Assembly: GCA_965263185.1 (NCBI GenBank)
Contig: OZ253588.1
Coordinates: 1,153,454-1,217,453 of the forward strand
Direction: 5' to 3'
DNA length: 64,000 nt
Origin: Dehalococcoidia bacterium
GTDB taxonomy: Bacteria > Chloroflexota > Dehalococcoidia > Lucifugimonadales > UBA2985
Both the position numbers and the translations under genes were made by a program. This document shows, piece by piece, positions 1-9,272 of the stretch (position 1 is its first letter; each line of letters opens with the position of its first letter). Below the pieces are notes generated by a model. That model had not been told where the DNA came from, ran no database searches, and saw only the letters and a list, made by a program, of their open reading frames with translations.

Positions 1-2
1 TA

Positions 3-917
3 ATGAACGAGGAGCTTGGCATGACCCTCCAGTTGGCCGATGCCCTGAAGGCCTCACAGGGGAGGGCTTTCTTCATCAACACAGGCTTCCTGGACCGCAC
101 CGGCTCCCAAATAAGGGCGCAGATGCACGCAGGCCCCGTAGACATCCGGGACGACCTCACCCAGGCAACCTACAACGCGAGCTATGAGATGCATAACGTG
201 GACGTGGGCATTCAGACGGGCATCCACAAGCACGGCAAGATAGGCAAGGGGATGCAGGTCCGGAACCGCGCCATGTCGGAGATGCTCCAGAGGAAGATAG
301 ACCATCCCAGGACCGGCGGCAACACCGCGTGGGTTCCCGCCCCGTACCCCAGCGACCTCCACTCCATGCACTACCACATGATAGACGTTGACCAGGTACA
401 GCGGGTCATGGAGGATTCGCCGGCGCGGGACATCGGCAGGAAGGCCCTCCTCACCTTCCCGCTCTTGGACCCGTCCAAGCTCTCGGACCAGGACGCAAAG
501 GAGAACCTCCTGCTGCGATACATCCACAGCATGGTTGCCTACGCAGAGCCCTGGGTGAACCGCGGAATAGGTTGCAGCGGAGTGCTGAACTTTGACCGCG
601 TGGAGGAGATGAAGGACAGGGCTACCGAGAGGATCGACAGCGCCATCCTGGCCAACTGGAGGCTGCACGGAGTCATCAGCCAGGCGGACATCGAGGGCGC
701 GCTGAAGAAGGTCGTTGAAATCCTGGACGAGCAGAACGCCGGGGTGCAAGACTACATGCCCCTGGCTGACACCCCGGAAAAGCGAGAGGGCATCCTTGCC
801 AACCCTGCTATTGCCTCAGTCATTGAGGTGATAGACGAGGCTGCCACGTCCCCAAGCGCCTTCGTGGAGCCCGGCCTTTTCAGAAACCGCAAGGCCATCA
901 AAGCCGCCGCAAGGTAG
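3..917 (+). CDS. glcB: Malate synthase G, C-terminal ~300 aa (5' end lies upstream of the window)
   Basis: ORF is open to the window edge. Motifs FINTGFLDRTG, IGKGMQ, GGNTAWVPAPY, GIGCSGV, MKDRATERIDS..ANWRLHG and DEQNAG match the conserved C-terminal half of GlcB. Confidence 0.85.
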   Translation: MNEELGMTLQLADALKASQGRAFFINTGFLDRTGSQIRAQMHAGPVDIRDDLTQATYNASYEMHNVDVGIQTGIHKHGKIGKGMQVRNRAMSEMLQRKIDHPRTGGNTAWVPAPYPSDLHSMHYHMIDVDQVQRVMEDSPARDIGRKALLTFPLLDPSKLSDQDAKENLLLRYIHSMVAYAEPWVNRGIGCSGVLNFDRVEEMKDRATERIDSAILANWRLHGVISQADIEGALKKVVEILDEQNAGVQDYMPLADTPEKREGILANPAIASVIEVIDEAATSPSAFVEPGLFRNRKAIKAAAR

Positions 918-1002
918 GCTGGGCGTCCGGGCGGGCCTCAGACGCGGAGGCCCGCCTCAAGGTGGCTGCGATGCGCTAACAGGGCGTTGGGCCGGGCCAG
1001 GC

Positions 1003-1893
1003 TCACTCCGGCAACAGGACGTTGCCAATGCTCCCGACCTCGCCTCCCGCAAGGCTCCGCTCTTTTGTCATGGAGTCGGCTCTGTAGACGTAGGTCCTGT
1101 CCGGTTCCAGTTGCTCCATGTACAGGACTTCCTCGTGTCCGGGGTACTTGATTACCAGGGCGTACCAGTTGGGAGCCGGCAGGGTTATCTCGGCGTAGCC
1201 ATTCTCGTTGGTCCTGGAGCGGCCGCCGCCGCCAACCGTCACCTCTGCCTCGGCCACCGATCGGCCCTGCTCGTCCAGCACCCTGATCCAGCTCGGCTGG
1301 CCGGGCAGATCCGTAACCGGCATCTTCTCAACCACGTCCTTCTCATACGCCCCCGCCTTCTTCGGGACCATCCACTCCGCGCCGTACTTCAGGGCAAGGT
1401 ACTCCTCAGGGGGGTTCGGCACGTTGAACCTCTCGCCGAGGAACTCTATCTCTTTTGGATGGATAAACATGAGGGCTGGAAGCGAAATCCCGGGGTAGGC
1501 GTACACGCAGTCATCTTCGATACGCAGGGCCTCCAGGCTTATTCTCACGTGGTCTTTTACCGTCATCTTGGTGGTCGAGTGGGGGGCGTCCAGCTCGCCT
1601 ACGAAATACCCCTTCTCCCTTAACGCCACCACCGCGGTATCGACTATCTCCTCCGTCAGGCCGTTGGCGCCGATCACCGTCAGCAGGTCTACGTCATCGT
1701 CCCAGGGGATGAACGCCTTGTTTCTCGTCGCCCCAAGGCATGAGCCTGAGCCGAGGAGAAACACAACTCCCAGCCCGTCCAGTATCCCCTTTATCTCCTT
1801 CAGGTTGCGTTCAGCCACCGCCAGGTCCATGGGCGGGTTGTACTTGAGGGTATAATCCAGGGTGGCTTGATCTGATCCATTGCCCGTGTCCAT
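1003..1893 (-). CDS. LicD-family transferase-like protein with a C-terminal carboxypeptidase-regulatory-like beta domain
   Basis: LGSGSCLGATRNKAFIPWDDDVDLL resembles the LicD DxD core. Start moved from the ORF-track 2103 to ATG 1893, which is preceded by AAGGAGGTGA. Confidence 0.65.
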   Translation of the reverse strand: MDTGNGSDQATLDYTLKYNPPMDLAVAERNLKEIKGILDGLGVVFLLGSGSCLGATRNKAFIPWDDDVDLLTVIGANGLTEEIVDTAVVALREKGYFVGELDAPHSTTKMTVKDHVRISLEALRIEDDCVYAYPGISLPALMFIHPKEIEFLGERFNVPNPPEEYLALKYGAEWMVPKKAGAYEKDVVEKMPVTDLPGQPSWIRVLDEQGRSVAEAEVTVGGGGRSRTNENGYAEITLPAPNWYALVIKYPGHEEVLYMEQLEPDRTYVYRADSMTKERSLAGGEVGSIGNVLLPE

Positions 1894-1999
1894 TCTCACC
1901 TCCTTGCATGAGTTCTGTGGACGCAGCTGTCCACAGCTAAGTCTATCAGTATACACGATAATGAGGCCGCCCGCCCGGCGCGAGGTGGACGCGGCCTGG

Positions 2000-2587
2000 C
2001 TACCCGCGCCACGTCCCGGCCTCCAGGGCCGACAGCCAATCGCGAGTCGCCCCCGGCGAGCGAAGGTGGACCACCTCAAGGTTGGAATGCTCAGGCAGCC
2101 CAATCTCCAGGGGTATGGCCCGCCGTCTCCGCCGGTAGGTGCGGAGCAGCCACAGGAACAGGGAGTCCCTGCTTAGGAACTGGACACGGAACTCCTCCCT
2201 GTTGCCGTTCCAGAGCTCCTCCCCGGTCAGCGTCCGTCGCAGTGTCCGGCGAAGAAGCCGCCAGAGCAGCGTCCTTAGGGGATAGTCGAGCCAGATGAGC
2301 GCGGTCGCGCGAGGCCACATCAGGTCTCTCACGGCGGTGTAGTTGCCGTCCACCACCCAAGCGTCTCCCGCAACGGCGTCCTCTACCCGCTGCCGGAAGA
2401 CCTCTAACTGAGCGGCGACCCAGTTTGGCTCCCAGTTGAGGGCGTCCAACTCCACGTGCGGGATATCCAACAGCGCTGAGAGACGCCGGGCCAGCGTCGT
2501 CTTGCCGGCACAGGTCGAGCCTACGACGACTATCCGCGGCGTCCGTCCCACGAGGCCGCTGCGGCTGCCGGCAGAGATGGAGGTCAT
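2000..2587 (-). CDS. P-loop NTPase / adenylate-kinase-like small kinase
   Basis: Walker A motif VVGSTCAGKTTLARRL near the N-terminus; ~195 aa, the size of AAA_18/topology-modulation-like kinases. Confidence 0.6.
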   Translation of the reverse strand: MTSISAGSRSGLVGRTPRIVVVGSTCAGKTTLARRLSALLDIPHVELDALNWEPNWVAAQLEVFRQRVEDAVAGDAWVVDGNYTAVRDLMWPRATALIWLDYPLRTLLWRLLRRTLRRTLTGEELWNGNREEFRVQFLSRDSLFLWLLRTYRRRRRAIPLEIGLPEHSNLEVVHLRSPGATRDWLSALEAGTWRG

Positions 2588-2744
2588 GCGTCAATTCTAC
2601 AGCATCGCGTAACGCCGCGCGGATATTCCCGGATATGTCTGGTGAAGACGGGCCGCTTGGGCTACAATGGGCGGTATACCGGCCCCGGAAAGACGCCGGG
2701 GCGTCTCTGACCTCCGACAGCGAGGGAGAGCAAGGGGGTAATCC

Positions 2745-3389
2745 ATGACAATCCATGAGTCCGGCGCAAAGCTGGTTCCCGTCACCGTGTGGTACGACTA
2801 CATTTGACCCTGGTGCTACATTGGCCTGGCCAGGTTGGACCAGCTAGAGCGGGAATTTCCACTGGACATCACCTATAAGACCTTCTATCTCAGGCCGGAC
2901 ACGCCTCCGGATGGCATTGTACGCGCGCCGAGGGAGGGCGAACAGCCGGGAGCGCCCCTCACGGGCCACATCGGCGAGGTGGCGGAGGAGGCCGGGCTTG
3001 TCATGAAGCGCGCGCCCCTCACTCCCAACAGCCGTCTGTCCTTTGAGGCATCCGAGTTCGCCAAGGACAAGGGCGTTTTTGAGCCTTTCCACAGGGCGTG
3101 CTACCGCGCCTTATGGGAAGACGGCGCCAACTTGGGCCTGCTTTCGGAGCTTCAGCATCTGGGGGAGCAGGTGGGCCTGGACCCTGCGGAGATGAAGGAA
3201 CGCCTGGACGCGGGCTACTACACCGCCCAGGCTCAGGCCCAGTACGAGGAGGCTATCTCCGTAGGCGTGCAGGGCATACCCTCCTTCATCATAGGGAGGT
3301 ACTTCTTCTCAGGCGCTCAGCCCTACGAGCTTTTCAAGAAGGTGGCCGATATGGCGCAGAAGGAGGGCAACTCCGAAGGGGAAGGCTGA
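2745..3389 (+). CDS. DsbA/FrnE-like thiol:disulfide oxidoreductase, putative selenoprotein (Sec at TGA 2805-2807)
   Basis: The ORF track starts at TTG 2835, which removes the redox motif. Reading the same frame upstream from ATG 2745 (GGGGGT SD-like) gives MTIHESGAKLVPVTVWYDYI-TGA-PWCYIGLARLDQ, i.e. UPWC where FrnE/DsbA proteins have CPWC. The C-terminal GVQGIPSFIIG is typical of DsbA. Confidence 0.7.
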
Positions 3390-3712
3390 TGGCCGGCCCC
3401 GCGTGACGCCTTTTGCCCGAATAAATGTCGAAAAAATTGCGTTGCCAGCCTATTGCATCATCGCAGGGGCTGGTGTATCTTATTCGGTAAGCTAAGAAAG
3501 GAGGTGATCAATATTTTGTTACCTGATAAACGGACTTCTAGTGAGGTGTCTGTAGCGTAAACGGCACCGGACGAAATGGCGCTCTGGTATCCGTTTACGG
3601 AATACCGGCAGGCACCGGACCCCGAAGTTCCCGGCTCAGTCCACCGGGACGGTCATTGACCGAAGCGCTTCGGGGTTCTTCATTTATCCGGATCAGCGGG
3701 GGCGTCCGCCCT

Positions 3713-4087
3713 TTAAGCGAACCAGATGCCGAGGTACTTGGTGAACCAGAATAGGCCGGCGTATGTGGCTGCGCCCGACGCCATTAGGACGATCAGCATG
3801 CGGCGGTATTGATATGCGCCACGTACGTTGCAGACTCCGCGGCCGCGCAGAAACAGGATGACAGCCAACGCCGCTATGCCGAGTCCGGTTGCCCTAAAGT
3901 ACCAACCGTAAGTGTAGTAGAGAGTGTCCCCAAGCGTCACCGCTTCGGCAGCGGTCGCTACGCCCAGCAATGCCAACACTACCGGCGATACGCAGCAAGT
4001 GATGGCGACCAGACCCGAAGCCACACCCACTAGGACTCCCCTTCTCAGAGACCTGTTCGCTGCCTCAGGCGCCGCGTTTTCAGACAT
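3713..4087 (-). CDS. Small 3-TM membrane protein with vicinal Cys in TM1 (MerT/MerF-like architecture)
   Basis: AITCCVSPVVLALLG resembles MerT ACCLGPLVLIALG. It has three hydrophobic segments and one further Cys in the loop. Assignment is by architecture only. Confidence 0.45.
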   Translation of the reverse strand: MSENAAPEAANRSLRRGVLVGVASGLVAITCCVSPVVLALLGVATAAEAVTLGDTLYYTYGWYFRATGLGIAALAVILFLRGRGVCNVRGAYQYRRMLIVLMASGAATYAGLFWFTKYLGIWFA

Positions 4088-4267
4088 CGTCTAGTCCTTC
4101 GTTCAGAGAAGTTGCTACCCTGATCTTGGCTGATTCATCAGGCCTGTCTGCTGTGTTTGGGCACGTCAACAAGGGTTTGATGCCGATGGGGTCCAGACGG
4201 TTTCACCCAGAACCACCTCTAAAGCCGACAGTGGGCAGGTGGGGGTTTGCTATGCTGGATTCGCCTC

Positions 4268-5350
4268 CTAGTCGAAGCTCTGGAGGCCTTGAACGGCGCC
4301 CGCGTCCAGCCTGCGGATGACGGCTTCCACCAGGTCAACCGTGCGGTCGAAGTCCTCGCGGCTGATTATCCCGTAGTGGCTGTGGAGATAGCGGGTTGGG
4401 ACGGCTATGTTGATGGCGGGAGCGCCACCGTGCGACCGCTGCATCTCGGCGCCGTCCTCGCCGTAGCCGCTCAGGACGTCGAACTGGACGGGTATCTCCT
4501 GGGCCTCAGCCACGTCCAGAATCAGGTCCCGCAGCTTAAGGCTGGGCAGCATGGAGGAGTCGTGCAGAAAGATGGCCGGGCCTTTGCCCAGGCTTTCCTG
4601 GGACTCGTCCTGGGTCATGCCCGGGAAGTCCCCGGCAACTCCCGACTCTATGTTGATGCCTATGTCCGGCTCAATGCGATAGCTGCTGGTGTGCGCCCCC
4701 CGCAGTCCAACTTCCTCCTGGACCGTTGCCACGGCGTAGACCGCGCAGGGCGGCGCGCCGGCCTTGAGACGCTTCACCACCTCAATCATGACCGCCAGGC
4801 CAACGCGGTCATCCCAGGCCTTGGCAAGGTACAGCTTGCCGCCGCTCATAGGCGTGAAGAGGCTGTCCGGCGCTATGGGGTCGCCGGGACGGATGCCAAG
4901 CCGCTCCTCGGCGTCCTTCAGGTCGGCGGCGCCCACGTCAATGAACATCTGCTCCCGTTTGAAGACCTGCGCGCGGGCCTCCGTAGTCATAACGTGGACG
5001 GTCTTGATGCCCGAAACGCCGTGCACCGGGCCGTTCCTGGTCTGAATCACCCAGCGTTGGTTGATTAGGGCCTGGTCCAGCCACCCGCCCAGGGCCTGGA
5101 ACTTCACGTAGCCCTCCGGGGTAACGAACCTGACCATCAGGCCAACCTCGTCCATGTGAGCGGCCATCATAACCCGCGGAGCGCCGCCGTCCTCGCCCAG
5201 CCTACCTATCAGCGACCCGATGCCGTCGGTCTCGACGTGGTTGCAGAGGGGCGATAGCTCGCGCTGCATGACGGCCCTGACCGGGCCCTCAAAGCCCGAT
5301 GGCCCGTGAGCGTTGGTCAGCTCCTCAAGCAGAGACTCGATATTGTCCAT
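4268..5350 (-). CDS. M42 family metallopeptidase (FrvX/PepA-like aminopeptidase)
   Basis: The N-terminus LLEELTNAHGPSGFEGPVR, the motif HMDEVGLMV and a 360-aa length are typical of M42. Confidence 0.85.
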   Translation of the reverse strand: MDNIESLLEELTNAHGPSGFEGPVRAVMQRELSPLCNHVETDGIGSLIGRLGEDGGAPRVMMAAHMDEVGLMVRFVTPEGYVKFQALGGWLDQALINQRWVIQTRNGPVHGVSGIKTVHVMTTEARAQVFKREQMFIDVGAADLKDAEERLGIRPGDPIAPDSLFTPMSGGKLYLAKAWDDRVGLAVMIEVVKRLKAGAPPCAVYAVATVQEEVGLRGAHTSSYRIEPDIGINIESGVAGDFPGMTQDESQESLGKGPAIFLHDSSMLPSLKLRDLILDVAEAQEIPVQFDVLSGYGEDGAEMQRSHGGAPAINIAVPTRYLHSHYGIISREDFDRTVDLVEAVIRRLDAGAVQGLQSFD

Positions 5351-5465
5351 TGCTGCGCCCCCTGTACGTGTGATACCGGTAGCGTACTCGCAATCCGTGC
5401 GGTGTCAAGCGCAGAGCCGAGTGCGCAAGCGCGCGTTCATAGTCCAATGAGCCGGTTGCAAACGG

Positions 5466-6236
5466 GTGGCTTTGCCCGCTCCGTCCTTGTATCCTAGAAA
5501 AGGACTTGCGGGAGGAAGGAGACAGCCCGTCTTGGAAGGAGCCCTGAGCGAGAGGCTGATGGACGTGTACAACAGGCTGCTTGGCCGGTACGGGCAGCAG
5601 CGCTGGTGGCCCGGAGACGGAGCCTTCGAGGTCATCATTGGGGCCATTCTCACCCAGTCGGCCGCCTGGACCAACGTGGACAAGGCGCTGGATAACCTGA
5701 AAACCAGGGGTCTTCTGACCCCGGCGGCCCTGAGGTCGCTTCCCATCGAGGACCTGGCTGTCCTTATACGCCCCTCGGTGTACTTCAACTCCAAGGCGTT
5801 GAAGGTCAAGGCCTTTGTGGAGCGCCTGGGCGACCATTACAACGACGACCTTGAGGCGATGTTCCGGCAAGACGTCAAACCTCTCCGCCGTGAGTTGCTC
5901 TCCATCTATGGGATAGGGGAGGAGACCGCCGACGATATTCTGCTGTACGCCGCCGGCAAGCCCATCTTCGTGATCGACGCGTACACCAGGCGCATACTTG
6001 GTAGGCTGGAGGTCACCCCCGTTGAGGACAGGTACATCGTCTACCAGGCCCTCTTCATGGATAACCTCACTCACGAAGCGGCGTTGTTCAACGAGTACCA
6101 CGCTCTGCTGGACCGTCACGGAGTGGAGGCGTGCCGGAAGCGGGAACCCCTGTGCGGGGGATGCTGCTTGCTGGATCTGTGCCCCACCGGAGCGCAGCGG
6201 ACTGCCGGACTGCCGGGGGCCGACGCCCGCTCATAG
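5466..6236 (+). CDS. Endonuclease III-related HhH-GPD family protein with a C-terminal Cys cluster
   Basis: FEVIIGAILTQSAAWTNV, IYGIGEETADDILLYA (HhH) and C-x6-C-x2-C-x5-C at the C-terminus. Start is ambiguous: GTG 5466, TTG 5532 (AAGGAGA upstream) or ATG 5559. Confidence 0.75.
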   Translation: MALPAPSLYPRKGLAGGRRQPVLEGALSERLMDVYNRLLGRYGQQRWWPGDGAFEVIIGAILTQSAAWTNVDKALDNLKTRGLLTPAALRSLPIEDLAVLIRPSVYFNSKALKVKAFVERLGDHYNDDLEAMFRQDVKPLRRELLSIYGIGEETADDILLYAAGKPIFVIDAYTRRILGRLEVTPVEDRYIVYQALFMDNLTHEAALFNEYHALLDRHGVEACRKREPLCGGCCLLDLCPTGAQRTAGLPGADARS

Positions 6237-6312
6237 CCTGCCTCCGCATCAAGCGCGGGGCAAGCTCCGTACTTGATACGTGGGTGAGTGGGTCGAACCA
6301 AATGAGCGTGGG
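6237..6312. repeat. Intergenic modular repeat (CCGTACTTGATACG hairpin module plus GTCGAACC module)
   Basis: atcaagcgcggggcaagctccgtacttgatacgtgggtgag..gtcgaacc shares modules with the sites at 9.2, 15.0, 25.1, 31.7 and 62.9 kb. Boundaries are approximate. Confidence 0.6.
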
Positions 6313-6392
6313 AAGGGAGTCCCCAGGACGCTCCTGCCGCTGGTCGTGCGCGCTCTTCAATTTTTGCGATCTCTTGCTGGCAAGCATCCTGG

Positions 6393-7166
6393 CTATTGAT
6401 CAACAACCTCCAGTAGTATCGTCACTTTCTCGTAAACCAGGGTCTTGTTTCCCCCGGCGTCCACGGCCCAACGCTGGTTGCGCTTGATCAATGGGTTCTC
6501 AACCACCAGCTCATAGCGCGCCAGTATATACAGTGGTTCCAGGTCATCGAAGTAGGGCAAGCTGTAGCCTGGTTCGTTCGAAAGACGGAGATACTGATAA
6601 CTAGGCGCGGAGTAGTCATACTCTCTCTCGTAAATGACCGTCCTCTTTCCGTCCCAGTCCCCTTCGCCCACCTTTTCCAGTCCAAGGTCTGCCAGTTTTT
6701 GAGGAGCGCTCCCGGCCCGCCGCGCCCACTCTTGGAGGGAGTAGGGTGTGTAGGGGGCGCGATGCTCCCTGTCGCAGTTGGCATACTGGTGAACGGTCTC
6801 GCCATCAATCGTCTGGCTCGTCATATAGGCATCGCCGTTGAGCTCTGTGGACCTTCCCCGTCTTTCGGATGCAAGGCCATCATTGTCGACCTGGATCCAG
6901 GACTCGCTATAGAATCGTTCAGGCTGAGCACATGGATCTGATGCAATTCTGTCTGCCATGGGGCCATGCCGTAAGTACCGCTCGTGTACTCTGCGCAGCG
7001 TTTTCCCGGGCAGCAGCTCGTCGGCAAAAGAGGTTGATGCAGCCTGTTCCGGAGCAGTGGCGCCCGCTTCCGCTGGAGGCTCAAGCGCAGCACACGCAAG
7101 AAGTATGCCGGCGAAGAACGCTGCCAGTGACCCCCCTACTATAATTGTTCCAATTTGACGTTTCAT
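6393..7166 (-). CDS. Hypothetical lipoprotein
   Basis: Start set at ATG 7166 (MKRQIGTIIVGGSLAAFFAGILLAC, signal peptide plus lipobox). No recognisable domain. GC is lower than the flanks. Confidence 0.5.
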   Translation of the reverse strand: MKRQIGTIIVGGSLAAFFAGILLACAALEPPAEAGATAPEQAASTSFADELLPGKTLRRVHERYLRHGPMADRIASDPCAQPERFYSESWIQVDNDGLASERRGRSTELNGDAYMTSQTIDGETVHQYANCDREHRAPYTPYSLQEWARRAGSAPQKLADLGLEKVGEGDWDGKRTVIYEREYDYSAPSYQYLRLSNEPGYSLPYFDDLEPLYILARYELVVENPLIKRNQRWAVDAGGNKTLVYEKVTILLEVVDQ

Positions 7167-7375
7167 TACAACTACACTGTAACATATACTGGTGGTCTGT
7201 TTGGCAACCAGCAAAATTCGGACGTTTTGAGGTTCGAGAGATCAGGGGTCGGATTGAGGTCTTGTAAGCTCCCTGAGGGCCCTGTTGCTCTGACCCACAT
7301 ACAACGGCTTTACTGTGCCCGTTGTGTCCTGATAAACTAGAGGGGAAGACTTGGGAACGGTCAGGAGGTGGCCCT

Positions 7376-7522
7376 ATGAGTGACCGAGACTACAGGCATC
7401 GAGAGGCCAAGAAGCCCAAAAAGGCGAGCCGCCCCATCAAAGTGGAGGCGCTGGCGCCTTCGGTGGAGGTTGCGGTGGTGAAGAAAAAGAGGTCAAAGCG
7501 GGAAGAGGACCCCTCCGGCTAG
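7376..7522 (+). CDS. Small lysine-rich hypothetical protein (48 aa)
   Basis: ATG 7376 is preceded by AGGAGGTG. It ends 2 nt before acyP. No homology recognised. Confidence 0.3.
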   Translation: MSDRDYRHREAKKPKKASRPIKVEALAPSVEVAVVKKKRSKREEDPSG

Positions 7523-7523
7523 A

Positions 7524-7829
7524 ATGGCAGAGCGCGAGGGACTTCATGCCGTAGCGCGCGGGCGGGTGCAAGGCGTCGGCTTTCGCGACTTCGTGCTGCG
7601 CAATGCGAAGAGCCTGGGCCTGAAGGGGTACGTGCGCAATCTGCCGGACGGTTGTTCCGTGGAGGTGGCGGCGGAGGGAGGACGAGAAGGTCTGGATGAG
7701 CTTCTGGGACGTATTCGCCAGGGGCCGCCGTCTGCCGAGGTGCAGGGGGTGGATGTACAATGGACGGAGGCATCGGGCGAGTACGAGGACTTTCGCTTGG
7801 TTTACCGGACGCCCGCAGGCGGGGCGTAG
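7524..7829 (+). CDS. acyP: Acylphosphatase
   Basis: [28 protein letters not shown] is the acylphosphatase signature. Confidence 0.85.
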   Translation: MAEREGLHAVARGRVQGVGFRDFVLRNAKSLGLKGYVRNLPDGCSVEVAAEGGREGLDELLGRIRQGPPSAEVQGVDVQWTEASGEYEDFRLVYRTPAGGA

Positions 7830-7849
7830 GTCTCAGGAGGGTGACATAA

Positions 7850-9157
7850 ATGGAAATGGACGTTAACAGGGGTCTGCCCTATATGCTGAGCGTAGAAGAG
7901 GCTCAGGCCAGGATTCTGGGCATGTTCCGTACCCTGGAGTCGGAAAGGAAACCCCTGCTGGATGCCTTGGGCCAGGTACTGGCCGAGGACGTGGTATCCA
8001 CGTTGGATATTCCTCCCCTGACCAACTCCGCTATGGACGGGTATGCCGTGTGTTACGAAGCCATTGCAGGGGCAACCTACGACAGCCCCAGGGAGCTGCG
8101 GGTCATTGGACACTTGGCTGCGGGCCAGCTTCCTGAGCAGGAGGTGTCCGGCGTGAACGCGGTGCGCATAATGACCGGCGCTCCAATACCCTCCGGCGCG
8201 GACACGGTCGTGCCCTTTGAGGAGACGGACGAGTTCGAGAGGAAGGGCATGGGCATGGGCCCCCTGGACATAACGGAGATAATGGTCAGAACGGACGTTC
8301 CAAGAGCAGCAAACCTGCGGCCCGCCGGTCAGGACGTGCAAAAGGGTCAGATGGTACTGGAGAAAGGCGCTCTCCTGCGCCCTTCAGAGATAGGAGTGCT
8401 GGCATCCCTTGGCCGTGACGCGGTGGAGGTGACGCGCCGCCCGGTGGTGGCGGTCATAGCCACCGGGGATGAGCTTTTGGAGCCTGGAGAGCCCGCCGCC
8501 GCCGGCAAGATCTACAATAGCAACAGCTACAGTGTAGCGGCGGCCGTCCTTCGCTACGGCGGGATTCCCAGGATGCTGGGCATAGCCGGGGACAACCTGG
8601 AGTCGATGAACGCCAAGCTGGAGGAAGGGCTGACGGCGGATATGCTGTTGACCTCCGCCGGGGTGTCCAGGGGGGACTACGATATTGTAAAGGACGTGCT
8701 GGCCAGCCGCGGGGAGATCGACTTCTGGTCGGTCAGAATGAGGCCGGCAAAGCCCCTGGCATTTGGGGTTTTTCCTGGTCCGGGAGGCAGGAAAGTCCCC
8801 CACATTGGTCTGCCGGGGAACCCGGTGAGCGCGCTGGTCGCCTTTGAGGAGATGGTGCGTCCCGCCATCCTGAAGATGCAGGGGCGCACAGACCTTGGAA
8901 AGCCTGTTGTGAGAGCGGCGCTGGAGGACGACATCGTCAATGGCGATGAGCGGAGGGTGTACGCCAGGGCGGTTATTACCCGTAAAGACGGGCGCTACTA
9001 CGCCCGCTTGACGGGAGACCAGGGGTCCGGGGTGCTCACCTCAATGGCGCTGGCTAACGGTCTGGCCATATGCCCGGAGGACGTTCCGGTGATGAAGGCG
9101 GGTGAGGAGGTGGATGTCCAGATGCTGGACTGGCCGGAGGACGCGGGGCAGCGCTGA
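7850..9157 (+). CDS. moeA: Molybdopterin molybdenumtransferase MoeA
   Basis: SVEEAQARIL, PLTNSAMDGYAV, GDELLEPG, TSAGVSRGDYD and GLPGNPVSALV motifs. AGGAGGGTGA lies upstream of the ATG. Confidence 0.9.
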   Translation: MEMDVNRGLPYMLSVEEAQARILGMFRTLESERKPLLDALGQVLAEDVVSTLDIPPLTNSAMDGYAVCYEAIAGATYDSPRELRVIGHLAAGQLPEQEVSGVNAVRIMTGAPIPSGADTVVPFEETDEFERKGMGMGPLDITEIMVRTDVPRAANLRPAGQDVQKGQMVLEKGALLRPSEIGVLASLGRDAVEVTRRPVVAVIATGDELLEPGEPAAAGKIYNSNSYSVAAAVLRYGGIPRMLGIAGDNLESMNAKLEEGLTADMLLTSAGVSRGDYDIVKDVLASRGEIDFWSVRMRPAKPLAFGVFPGPGGRKVPHIGLPGNPVSALVAFEEMVRPAILKMQGRTDLGKPVVRAALEDDIVNGDERRVYARAVITRKDGRYYARLTGDQGSGVLTSMALANGLAICPEDVPVMKAGEEVDVQMLDWPEDAGQR

Positions 9158-9159
9158 GG

Positions 9160-9245
9160 CCGGACTACACGGGCATCGTGGGTGGGGGTCCCGCTCACCC
9201 ACGTATCAAGTACGGCGCAGGCTCTGAGCCTGTCGAATGGCGTGG
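9160..9245. repeat. Intergenic modular repeat
   Basis: cgtatcaagtacggcgcaggctctgagcctgtcgaa carries the same modules as the other repeat sites. Confidence 0.6.
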
Positions 9246-9272
9246 GCGAAGATGGCAGGCAGAGGTCCCAGC

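Noticed and set aside
54-749. Long antisense or off-frame ORFs overlapping well-supported genes, e.g. 54-749(-), 13223-14212(-), 26028-27059(-), 31204-32682(-), 18124-19248(+)/55143-56267(+), 47227-48045(+), 52277-53017(+), 14711-15616(-)
   Set aside because: These are typical stop-poor shadow frames of GC-rich DNA. Their translations are Arg/Pro/Gly/Ala-rich with no motifs, and each overlaps a gene with clear homology on the other strand or frame.
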